A stretch of DNA of 64,000 nucleotides from a bacterium (GTDB lineage Bacteria > Verrucomicrobiota > Verrucomicrobiia > Limisphaerales > J093), in assembly GCA_021780105.1 (NCBI GenBank), contig JAJXZJ010000059.1:3230-67229 (forward strand), written 5' to 3'. The notes below the pieces were generated by a model. The model saw nothing but the letters and a program-made list of their open reading frames with translations, ran no database searches and was not told the origin of the DNA. A program made the position numbers and the translations under genes. Shown here in pieces: positions 18,501 through 26,463 of this stretch (position 1 is the stretch's first letter; each line of letters opens with the position of its first letter).

Positions 18501-18799
18501 CCGCGCCGCCTGCCTCGCGCCGCACCTTGTTCCTCTTCGACGAGCCGACGACCGGCCTCCATTTCGAGGACATCCGCGTGCTGCTCCAGGCGTTTCAGCG
18601 GCTCGTGAACGCCGGCCATTCCGTGCTCGTGATCGAGCACAATCTGGAGGTCATCAAGTGCGCCGACTGGGTGATTGACCTCGGCCCCGACGCCGGCGAC
18701 GAAGGCGGGCGGATCGTGGCCACCGGCACGCCGGAGGACATCGCCGCCTGCCCGCAAAGCCACACCGGCCGCGCGTTGCGCGAGGTGGGCGTCGGCTGA
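15572..18799 (+). CDS. UvrA-family ABC ATPase (excinuclease subunit A paralogue type) with two inserted repeat-derived segments
   Basis: [52 protein letters not shown]. Zinc-finger Cys pairs. Two Walker A sites ([16 protein letters not shown]). Two signature/Walker B pairs ([34 protein letters not shown]). Confidence 0.88.
   Translation: [1075 protein letters not shown]
17519..17607. repeat. Intragenic inverted heptad-repeat element
   Basis: Arms at 17519..17548 and 17578..17607. Of 30 hand-paired positions, 20 are Watson-Crick and 7 more are G.U only on the antisense strand. Translated in frame as [29 protein letters not shown]. Confidence 0.6.
18178..18268. repeat. Intragenic REP/MITE-like palindromic element
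   Basis: An 18-bp perfect inverted repeat (18193..18210 / 18236..18253) around a 25-nt loop, plus an outer 7-bp stem (18178..18184 / 18262..18268). Translated in frame as [30 protein letters not shown]. Confidence 0.8.
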
Positions 18800-18803
18800 C
18801 GGG

Positions 18804-19958
18804 CTACCAGGCGCGTTGGAGGATTTCCTCCAGTTCCCCCGGCGTCAGCGGGAGCGGATTCGACTTCATGCTGCTGGCGCGAGCGGCCTTTTCGACCAGA
18901 CCGGGGAAATCTTCCGGGGTGAGGCCGTAGGCGCGCAGGCCGGGAATGCCGAGGTCGCGCGTCAACTCGCGCAACCACGCCGCGCCGTCGTTGGCCGTTG
19001 CCTGTGGCCGGTCCGTGAGCAGCCGTGCGATTTCATCGAGCCGGCGCCGCGCCGCGTGTTCCGGCTGCCGCGCAGTCAGCGCGCGTTGATTGACTTCCCA
19101 AACCGGCGCCAGCAAGGCCGCGCACACCGCGCCGTGCGGAGCGGGAAACATCCCGCCGATCGGCCCGGCGAAACCGTGGACCGCGCCCAGCCCGGCGTTG
19201 GCCAGCGCCAGCCCGCCGAACAGGCTCGCCACCGCCATCTCCTCGCGCGCCGCGGCATTCGCGCCGGCCGTGAACGCCTGGCGCAACGACCGCGCCACGC
19301 GCCGCAGGCCCTCCACGCACAGGGCGTCGGCGAGCGGGTTGGCGCGCGCGCAGAGGAACGGTTCGATGAGTTGCGTCAACGCGTCCATGCCGGTGGCGGC
19401 CGTCACGGCGGGCGGCAGGCCGTGCGTCAATTCCGGGTCCACCAGCGCCACGCGCGGCAGCATCAACGGGCTGCGCAGGCTCACTTTCACGCGGTGCAGC
19501 GGCGAGGCGAGCACGGCGTTGCGCGTCACCTCGGCGCCGGTGCCGGCGGTGGTCGGGATCGCGAGGCACGGCGCGGCCGGCCGGGTCAGCGGTTGCGCGC
19601 GGCCGATGACTTCGAGGTAATCCAGCAATTCGCCGTCGTTGGTCAGCAGCACGGCGATGGCCTTGGCCGCGTCCACCGCGCTGCCGCCGCCGAAACCGAT
19701 CACGCAGTCGCAGCGCCCCGCCTTGGCCAGCGTCGCCCCCGCAATGATCGCCTCCGTGGTCGGTTCGCCGGCCACGGGAAAAACCACATCGCTGACATGA
19801 TTTTCCCCGAGCAGGCGCCGCAGCGCTTCGGCGCGGGCCGGCGTGTGGCCGGTGACAACCAGCGCGCGACGGCCGAGCGAACGGGCGACCGGACCGGCCT
19901 CCTTCAGCGTGCCGGGACCGAAGACGATTCGCTGCGCGGTGGCGAACTCGAAGTGCAT
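18804..19958 (-). CDS. Iron-containing alcohol dehydrogenase
   Basis: 384 aa. CDCVIGFGGGSAVDAAKAIAVL, plus the His-rich metal site region (GLGAVHGFAGPIGGMFPAPHGAVCAALL). Confidence 0.9.
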   Translation of the reverse strand: MHFEFATAQRIVFGPGTLKEAGPVARSLGRRALVVTGHTPARAEALRRLLGENHVSDVVFPVAGEPTTEAIIAGATLAKAGRCDCVIGFGGGSAVDAAKAIAVLLTNDGELLDYLEVIGRAQPLTRPAAPCLAIPTTAGTGAEVTRNAVLASPLHRVKVSLRSPLMLPRVALVDPELTHGLPPAVTAATGMDALTQLIEPFLCARANPLADALCVEGLRRVARSLRQAFTAGANAAAREEMAVASLFGGLALANAGLGAVHGFAGPIGGMFPAPHGAVCAALLAPVWEVNQRALTARQPEHAARRRLDEIARLLTDRPQATANDGAAWLRELTRDLGIPGLRAYGLTPEDFPGLVEKAARASSMKSNPLPLTPGELEEILQRAW

Positions 19959-19962
19959 GACG

Positions 19963-20268
19963 TTACCAGCCGGCGTCGTCGGGATGCAGGTTGACGAATT
20001 TCACGCTCGTGCGCGGCGCGGCCATGAGGGGCGCCACGGCATCGCGCCACTTGGCGTAGTGCGCCGTCTCCTTGTGCCGCGCCGGCGCCTCGGCGTGACG
20101 GTAAACCTCGACGAGCACAAAGCGCGTCGGGTCGTCGCTCTGCTGGATCACGTCAAAGCGCGCGATGCCCGGCTCGCGGACGCTGTGCCGGGCGTTTTCC
20201 AGCGTCGCCGCCGTGAACGCGGCGACCGCCTCCGGCTTCACCTGGACATGAACGTGGACGATGAGCAT
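19963..20268 (-). CDS. Antibiotic biosynthesis monooxygenase (ABM) family protein
   Basis: ATG at 20268. [57 protein letters not shown]...HKETAHY is a ferredoxin-like ABM pattern. Confidence 0.75.
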   Translation of the reverse strand: MLIVHVHVQVKPEAVAAFTAATLENARHSVREPGIARFDVIQQSDDPTRFVLVEVYRHAEAPARHKETAHYAKWRDAVAPLMAAPRTSVKFVNLHPDDAGW

Positions 20269-20374
20269 GGCGGCAGTATTTGACGCCGCCGGGGCCGAGG
20301 CAACGCATTTTGCGCGCCGGCGACCCGGCTTTTTGACTGGCCAAGGTCGGCAGTTTCTCCCGAAATCAACGTCC

Positions 20375-21334
20375 GTGCGAATTGTTGTTCTCGACGGCCA
20401 CACGCTGAACCCCGGCGATCTGAGCTGGGACGCCTTGCGCGCCCTCGGCGAGTGCGTGATTTATGAGCGGACGCCCCCGGCGAGGGTGCTGGCGCGCGCC
20501 GCCGAGGCGGAAATTATCCTGACGAACAAGACCGTGCTGGATCGCGCCGCGCTCGGCCGGCTGCCGCGGCTGCGCTACGTGGGTGTGCTCGCCACCGGCT
20601 ACAACGTCGTGAATGTCGCCGCCGCGCGGGAACGCGGCGTGATCGTGACGAATGTGCCCGCCTACAGCACGCCGTCGGTGGTGCAGCTCACCTTTGCGCT
20701 GTTGCTGGAATTGACGCATCACGCCGGCCGCCATGCGGCGGGAGTTCACGCGGGGCGTTGGACGCGCTGCCGCGACTTCTGCTACTGGGAAACGCCGTTG
20801 GTCGAGCTGGCCGGGTTGACGCTCGGCGTCGTGGGTTTTGGCCGCATCGGGCGCGCCGTGGCGGAAGCAGGCCGCGCCTTCGGTATGCGCATCCTAGCCC
20901 ACACGCGCACCGTGCCTCCGGCACCGCCGGCCGGCGTCGAGTTTGTGGCGTTGGAAACGCTGTTCCGACAGGCGGACGTGGTTTCGCTGCACTGCCCGTT
21001 GACGCCGGAAACCGAACGCCTCGTCAACGCGGAGCGGCTGGCGTGGATGAAGCCGACGGCGTTGCTGCTGAACACCGGGCGCGGGCCGCTGGTGGATGAA
21101 GTGGCACTGGCGGCGGCATTGCGGGAAAACCGGCCCGCCGGTGCCGGCCTGGACGTGCTCAGCACCGAGCCGCCAAAGGCGGACAACCCGCTGCTGGCCG
21201 CGCCGAACGTCGTCATCACGCCGCACATCGGCTGGGCCACCCGTGCGGCGCGCGAGCGGCTGATGCAAACCGCCGTGGAAAACGTGCGGGCCTTTCTCGC
21301 GGGCCGGCCGCAGAACGCGGTCAACGCCGGTTGA
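20375..21334 (+). CDS. D-isomer-specific 2-hydroxyacid dehydrogenase (glycerate dehydrogenase-like)
   Basis: Probable GTG start at 20375 ([16 protein letters not shown]). NAD motif [12 protein letters not shown]. Catalytic region [12 protein letters not shown]...ITPHIGWAT. Confidence 0.85.
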   Translation: MRIVVLDGHTLNPGDLSWDALRALGECVIYERTPPARVLARAAEAEIILTNKTVLDRAALGRLPRLRYVGVLATGYNVVNVAAARERGVIVTNVPAYSTPSVVQLTFALLLELTHHAGRHAAGVHAGRWTRCRDFCYWETPLVELAGLTLGVVGFGRIGRAVAEAGRAFGMRILAHTRTVPPAPPAGVEFVALETLFRQADVVSLHCPLTPETERLVNAERLAWMKPTALLLNTGRGPLVDEVALAAALRENRPAGAGLDVLSTEPPKADNPLLAAPNVVITPHIGWATRAARERLMQTAVENVRAFLAGRPQNAVNAG

Positions 21335-21354
21335 AACGCCCGCCCGCGTCCGGC

Positions 21355-21768
21355 TCAGTGGCCGTGGCCGCAACTGCAGCCGGAGCCACAGGACTCGAAG
21401 TCGTCCGTGTTTGGCACGCGGCCGAGTTCCAGGGTCTTGGCCACGTAACGCGTCACGGCGTCCTGGAGCGAGTGCATTTGCTGCTGGGCGTCAATGAACC
21501 GGCGGGCGACCGCATTGTCGAACAAGGACTGGCGGTGTTGTTCGTAGTCGGCGATTTCCGTCTCGCTCAATTGCTCGCCCTGGTGCTGCTTGTGATGCAG
21601 CGCTTCGCCCTTTTCGGCGACGGTCTGGTAAAGCTGCTTGGCCTCGTCGTTCAGCAAAAAGGTTTCAATGTCACGCTGACGCGCGGTGAAGTCAGGCTGG
21701 GAAACGATGGTCTGGCAAAGCTCGAGCGTCTTGTCGAGCACCGCCCCGGATTCAAGAGTGTTGTGCAT
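21355..21768 (-). CDS. YlbF/YmcA-like (UPF0342) protein with a Cys/His-rich C-terminal tail
   Basis: ATG at 21768. A helical protein whose pattern matches the YlbF family (FLLNDEAKQLYQTVAEKGEALHHKQHQGEQLSETEIADYEQ...). The tail is ESCGSGCSCGHGH. Confidence 0.55.
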   Translation of the reverse strand: MHNTLESGAVLDKTLELCQTIVSQPDFTARQRDIETFLLNDEAKQLYQTVAEKGEALHHKQHQGEQLSETEIADYEQHRQSLFDNAVARRFIDAQQQMHSLQDAVTRYVAKTLELGRVPNTDDFESCGSGCSCGHGH

Positions 21769-21825
21769 GCGATTTCTTTCGATCAGCCGCGCAAAGTAGC
21801 CCAAACATCGGCTTGCACAAGCTCT

Positions 21826-24246
21826 TTAGTGCCGGCCGCCGGGCAGGGTGTCCGTGGGCGCAAACCGCCCTGCCCTGGTGCGGAGGGTGATCGTCGCGGA
21901 GCGCAGCCCCGGCGCGGTGGCGGTTAATTTGATCGTGCCATGCTGCGGCCGCAGCGACTGCACGAGCGCGAGGCAAAGGCCGTTGAATGCCCGGCGCTGC
22001 GTGGCCTGGTCCGGTTCGTGGCTGCTGGGATCGCCGTTGCCGACGCCCAGCAGCCGGCCCTTGCCCGTCAGGCTGAAACTCACTTCGTTGTCGGCGACCG
22101 GCACCACGCGGCCCTGCGCGTCCACGACGCTCACCGTGACGAGGCTTACGTCCTGCCCGTCGGCGCTGATGGTTTTGCGGTCGGGCGTGAGCCGGAGCGC
22201 GGCCGGCGCGCCGGTGGTTTCGACCTTGGCGGTGGCGATTTTCCTGTAGTCACGGAAGCCGATGGCGGACAGCGCGCCAGGCTCGTAGTTGACCTTCCAC
22301 ACGAGGTGCCCGTTGCGCGGCATCGCCTGCCGGCCGAGACTCCGGCCGTTGAGAAACAGCTCGACGGCGTCGCAGTTGCTGTGGCACCAGACCTCGATCG
22401 GCCGGCCTTCCTTGCCGGGCCAGTTCCAGTGCGGCAGCAGGTGCAGCACGGCGCGATCGGACCACCAAGATTGGTAGTAATAGAAGTTGTCCTTGGGGAA
22501 ACCGCAGATGTCAATGATGCCGAAATGGGAGTTGATGCACGGCCACTTGTAGGGGGTCGGTTCGCCTTTGTAATCGAACCCGGTCCAAACGAACCCGCCG
22601 GCCATGAAGGTGTTTTCCGCCAACGGACGCCACGCCGCCTCGGCGGTGGCGGCCCACGGCGGGAAGTTCACGTCGTAGGCGCTCACGTAACCGCGGGTCT
22701 TGTCGTTTTCGTAAATGCCGCGCGTGGACACCGTGCTCGCCGTCTCGCTGCCGAACAGCGGCTGTTGCGGATGCGTCTGATGGTAGCGCGCGTATTCGCC
22801 GCTGTGGTAATTGAAACCCTGCACGTCCACGACGTGCGAAAGACCGTTGCCGTAGCCGCCGTTCATCGCGGCGGTGACCGGCCGGGTCGGGTCCAACCGC
22901 AGAATCAAGTCCTTCATCGCGCGGCCCATCGCCTCGCCGCGGGCGCTGCCCTGCTCGCGTTCCTCGTTGCACAGCGACCAAAGAATGATGCTCGGATGAT
23001 TGCGATCGCGGAGCACCATGCTCTCGACCTGGCCGAGAATTTCCGGTGAATCGCCCAGTTTGCGGTTCTCGTCCATCACCAACATGCCGAGGCGGTCGCA
23101 GGCGTCGAGCAGTTCCGGCGGCGGCGGATTGTGCGAGCAACGCCACGCGTTCGCGCCCATTTCCTTCATCTTTTCCACGCGGAAGACGATCAGCCGGTCC
23201 GGCATCGCCACGCCCACGCCGGCGAAATCCTGGTGGTTGCAGGTGCCCTTCAACTTCACCGGCCGGCCGTTCAGGAAGAAGCCGTCGGCGGCGTCGAACC
23301 GGAGGTCGCGCACGCCAAACGGCGTCACCAGGCGGTCCACGATCTCGCCGTTGCGCTCCACGGTGGTGACGAGCTGGTAGAGCGTCGGCGATTCCACCGA
23401 CCACAGCCGCGCCCGCGCCAGCGCGAGGTTTTGCGCGACGGGTTGCACGCCTCCCGCCGGGACGGTGCCGTCGGTTTCCACGGTCGCGAGCGACTTGCCG
23501 CGGGCGGTTTGAATTTCCGAAAGCAGCCGAAAGCCAGCGGCCGCCGGGCCGGCGTTGGTGACGGTGGTTTGCACGTCAACCGTCGCCGCGGATTCGTCCG
23601 CCGGCAGCGGGCCGGTGACTTTGGCCGTGACGAACACGCCCCACGGTTCCATGTGCAGCGGGTCGGCCTTGTTCAGCCAGACGTGCCGGTAGATGCCGCC
23701 GCCTTCATACCACCAGCCTTCGAAGTGGCTCGCGTCGGTCCGCACCACCAGCTCGTTCGGTCCGTCGAACCGCGCCACGCCGGTAATGTCGTAACGGAAG
23801 CTCGTGTAACCACTGGCGTGGCGGCCGAGAAAATGGCCGTTCAGCCAGACCAAGCTGTCGCGATACACGCCGTCAAAATCAATCCACAGACTGCGGCCGC
23901 GGTCGCCGGCCGACAGCGTGAACGCGCGCCGATACCAGCCGACGCCGGCCGGCAGGTAGCCGTGCGACATGTCGGCGTTGCGGTCGAATTTGCCCTCCAC
24001 CACGTAATCGTGCGGCACGTCCACATGCCGCCACGCGTGATCGTCAAACGCCGGCAGCGCGGGGCCGCTGGCGGTTTCCGGATGTTCGCGATCGAAGCCG
24101 AAGTCCCGGTTCGTGTCGTGGGTGTCGCCGGGAGCGAACCGCCAGCCGAAGTCGAGCAGCAGCCGTTCGCGCGGTCCGGCCGCACGAAGCGACAGGCCGA
24201 AGCAGAAAGCAGCGAGGACGAGGACGGGAAAGAATTTCGTTTTCAT
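21826..24246 (-). CDS. Glycoside hydrolase family 2 (beta-galactosidase/beta-glucuronidase type), secreted
   Basis: Signal peptide MKTKFFPVLVLAAFCFGLSLRAA. Sugar-binding domain (WRHVDVPHDY). TIM barrel with NHPSIILWSLCNEE (acid/base) and FGSETAS. C-terminal Ig-like domains. Confidence 0.9.
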   Translation of the reverse strand: MKTKFFPVLVLAAFCFGLSLRAAGPRERLLLDFGWRFAPGDTHDTNRDFGFDREHPETASGPALPAFDDHAWRHVDVPHDYVVEGKFDRNADMSHGYLPAGVGWYRRAFTLSAGDRGRSLWIDFDGVYRDSLVWLNGHFLGRHASGYTSFRYDITGVARFDGPNELVVRTDASHFEGWWYEGGGIYRHVWLNKADPLHMEPWGVFVTAKVTGPLPADESAATVDVQTTVTNAGPAAAGFRLLSEIQTARGKSLATVETDGTVPAGGVQPVAQNLALARARLWSVESPTLYQLVTTVERNGEIVDRLVTPFGVRDLRFDAADGFFLNGRPVKLKGTCNHQDFAGVGVAMPDRLIVFRVEKMKEMGANAWRCSHNPPPPELLDACDRLGMLVMDENRKLGDSPEILGQVESMVLRDRNHPSIILWSLCNEEREQGSARGEAMGRAMKDLILRLDPTRPVTAAMNGGYGNGLSHVVDVQGFNYHSGEYARYHQTHPQQPLFGSETASTVSTRGIYENDKTRGYVSAYDVNFPPWAATAEAAWRPLAENTFMAGGFVWTGFDYKGEPTPYKWPCINSHFGIIDICGFPKDNFYYYQSWWSDRAVLHLLPHWNWPGKEGRPIEVWCHSNCDAVELFLNGRSLGRQAMPRNGHLVWKVNYEPGALSAIGFRDYRKIATAKVETTGAPAALRLTPDRKTISADGQDVSLVTVSVVDAQGRVVPVADNEVSFSLTGKGRLLGVGNGDPSSHEPDQATQRRAFNGLCLALVQSLRPQHGTIKLTATAPGLRSATITLRTRAGRFAPTDTLPGGRH

Positions 24247-24288
24247 GCGTGCGCGCTCTTCTTACCGCCGGCACAGGCGGCGGGAAAC

Positions 24289-25302
24289 TCATTTTTCAAC
24301 CCGGTCGAAGCCCAGGTCCTCGCCGTCATGCAGCGCGACGCCGATCTGTTCCAGGCTGCCGTGGCGGCCGTTGAACCAGAGCAGCCATTGCCGGCCGTCG
24401 AAAATGGCGAACGGCTTGTAGCAGGCGTCGGCGTCCCACTGGTTGCGGCCCGGACGGATGATGGGATTGGCCGGGTGGCGCTGCCAGCCGGTGATGCCGT
24501 CGCGCGAGCGGGCGAGACCGATCTGTGCGTGGTCCACGTCCCGGAAGCCGATGTAAAACATCCAATGCCAGCCGCCGCGCTGCACCACCTGACAGGCGGT
24601 GACGCGCTCCCGTTCCCAAGGATTCTGCGGGTCGGGCCGGAAAATCGGGTTCGCCGGCAGCTTGGTCCAATGCACCCCGTCTGGACTGGTGGCGTAACCG
24701 ATCGCGTCCGGTTCATACTGCCCGCCGCCGGAATACCACATGCGAAAACGCTGCGTTGCCTCGTCCCAGATCACATGCGGGCACATCACTGCCACCTTTT
24801 CCCACGGCTGTTCTGGCGAGAGCACCGGGCGGTCGCTCCTTCGTTGCCAGTGGATGCCATCTGGACTGGTTGCGTAACCGATCCACGAATGGCCCTTCGC
24901 CTGGCCCGTGAACCACAGGTGATAGCCGTTGGCGCGCTTCAACACCACCGGCCGGTTGAGGTCGTCTTCCCAGCCGGTTTCCTTGCGCGGACCGAGGACG
25001 ATTTGCGGCGGGCCGCTCCAATGCAGACCGTCGCGGCTTTCCACCAGAGCGATACTCTGTTTCGGCCGCCAGGAAAGCCACATCCGGTAAAGGTCGCCTT
25101 CCTTCAACACGGCGATGTCGAAGCAGGTGCCATATTGCCCGCCCAGCACCGGATTGCCGGCGAACTTCACCCAACCGGCGGTGGCACCGGCGTCATTCGT
25201 CGCCGCGGGGGCGGTGGTTGCGCCGCTTGCCAGGAGGAGGCAACCGAGCACGCCAGCACGGGTGGCAGCGATGAGAACATCAGCCGGCTTCAATGCGGTC
25301 AT
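24289..25302 (-). CDS. Secreted five-bladed beta-propeller glycosidase/phosphorylase-like protein (GH130/GH43/DUF377-like)
   Basis: Signal peptide. Blade motifs repeat: ESRDGLHW, GYATSPDGIHW, GYATSPDGVHW, ARSRDGITGW. The family assignment is made by pattern only. Confidence 0.6.
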   Translation of the reverse strand: MTALKPADVLIAATRAGVLGCLLLASGATTAPAATNDAGATAGWVKFAGNPVLGGQYGTCFDIAVLKEGDLYRMWLSWRPKQSIALVESRDGLHWSGPPQIVLGPRKETGWEDDLNRPVVLKRANGYHLWFTGQAKGHSWIGYATSPDGIHWQRRSDRPVLSPEQPWEKVAVMCPHVIWDEATQRFRMWYSGGGQYEPDAIGYATSPDGVHWTKLPANPIFRPDPQNPWERERVTACQVVQRGGWHWMFYIGFRDVDHAQIGLARSRDGITGWQRHPANPIIRPGRNQWDADACYKPFAIFDGRQWLLWFNGRHGSLEQIGVALHDGEDLGFDRVEK

Positions 25303-25346
25303 GGGCGGTCAAGTGACGGTTCGCGTCGGCGCCAGCACCCGGCGCG

Positions 25347-26144
25347 TCATTGGCTGGCGGTCGTCGCGGGGGGCTTGATGTGTGGCACGAAGGTGAACGC
25401 GACGTTTTGAACCTGGTTTTCCGCGACCGTGATGTCCGCCGTGTGGAGGCCGGCCTTGGGATGAACCGCCGCCAGCGTGTATTTGCCGGGCGGCAGGCCG
25501 GGCGGAATTTTGAATTCACCGCGCAGGTCGGTCACCGCGAAGAACGGGTGATCCACCACGCCCACAAAGGCAAATTCCCACGGATGCAGCTCGCATTTGA
25601 TGCGCACCAGCACCTCCGGCGCGTCGAAGCGCTTCTGGTCCACCTCGCCGGTGATCGGCTGGTAGAGCAGAAATTCCTCGTTGTGCTTGGGCAGCGCGTG
25701 GACGGTTTCCAGGTAAGGCTCGGAGTTGCGGATGTTGAGGAGCTGCCCGGCCCGCACGCCAAACACGTAGGGATGGAAGCTGCAGTGGAACTGGTCCAGC
25801 AAGGCCGGCTCCTTCGGCGGCGGGAAGGGGTGTCCCGCCAGGCCGTCGCGAATATAGACGAACACGTTCGCCAGGCCGCCGTCGGGGCCGACGACGTAGT
25901 GCTGCGTCTTGAGGCCCGGCGGGGCGACCTTTCGTTGCTCGGGGAAATCAGTGAGGTCAACGAGAATTTCCGGGGGTGGCGTCCCGACCAGCGTGGCTTT
26001 GCCCGAGATCGCGGTGCCGGCGGCCGGCACCGTGTCCGCCAGGGCGGAAATGGCCACGAAACCGCCGGCGGCCTTCAGGAATTCCCGCCGGGTCGTGTAA
26101 GAAGACCGAAGCTTGCTCATGGCCGCTAAAATCGTGCGGGTCAT
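25347..26144 (-). CDS. Tat-exported cupredoxin-like / CarboxypepD_reg-like domain protein
   Basis: Twin-arginine signal (SYTTRREFLKAAGGFVAISALA). C-terminal CELHPWEFAFVGVVDHPFFAVTDLRGEFKIPPGLPPGKYTLAAVHP. The start could also be the ATG at 26120. Confidence 0.6.
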   Translation of the reverse strand: MTRTILAAMSKLRSSYTTRREFLKAAGGFVAISALADTVPAAGTAISGKATLVGTPPPEILVDLTDFPEQRKVAPPGLKTQHYVVGPDGGLANVFVYIRDGLAGHPFPPPKEPALLDQFHCSFHPYVFGVRAGQLLNIRNSEPYLETVHALPKHNEEFLLYQPITGEVDQKRFDAPEVLVRIKCELHPWEFAFVGVVDHPFFAVTDLRGEFKIPPGLPPGKYTLAAVHPKAGLHTADITVAENQVQNVAFTFVPHIKPPATTASQ

Positions 26145-26271
26145 GCCGGGGTGTCAACTGCGGGATTCGCCGGCACTCGGAGCGGCAGACGGGACAGCCG
26201 CCTGACAAACCCCAAGCCGCACCGCGTTGGGTTCTTGAGTTAACCCGGTGCGGGGTGCTCGCATTTCCCCG

Positions 26272-26289
26272 ACTAGACCAAGGTCTAGT
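26272..26289. promoter_or_regulatory. Perfect 18-bp palindrome in a divergent promoter region (candidate operator)
   Basis: ACTAGACCAAGGTCTAGT lies between the divergent starts at 26144 (minus) and 26464 (plus). Confidence 0.3.
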
Positions 26290-26463
26290 AGCCCCACCTC
26301 GCCGAAGTGTTCTAGCCTCACTGCCGGATGCTAACTGAAGTCCAGTTGTCCTGGTGCTTGATGGGATACAGGAAATGCGGAAAAGACTTCTTAGTTGCTT
26401 GCTTGGTGCATCGCCGCCAGAGTCAACCAGCACCTGATCAACCGTGAGTGGAGAGACTTTTTT

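Noticed and set aside
23131-25410. 759-aa plus-strand ORF
   Set aside because: It is antisense to the GH2 and beta-propeller glycosidase-like genes and has shadow composition.
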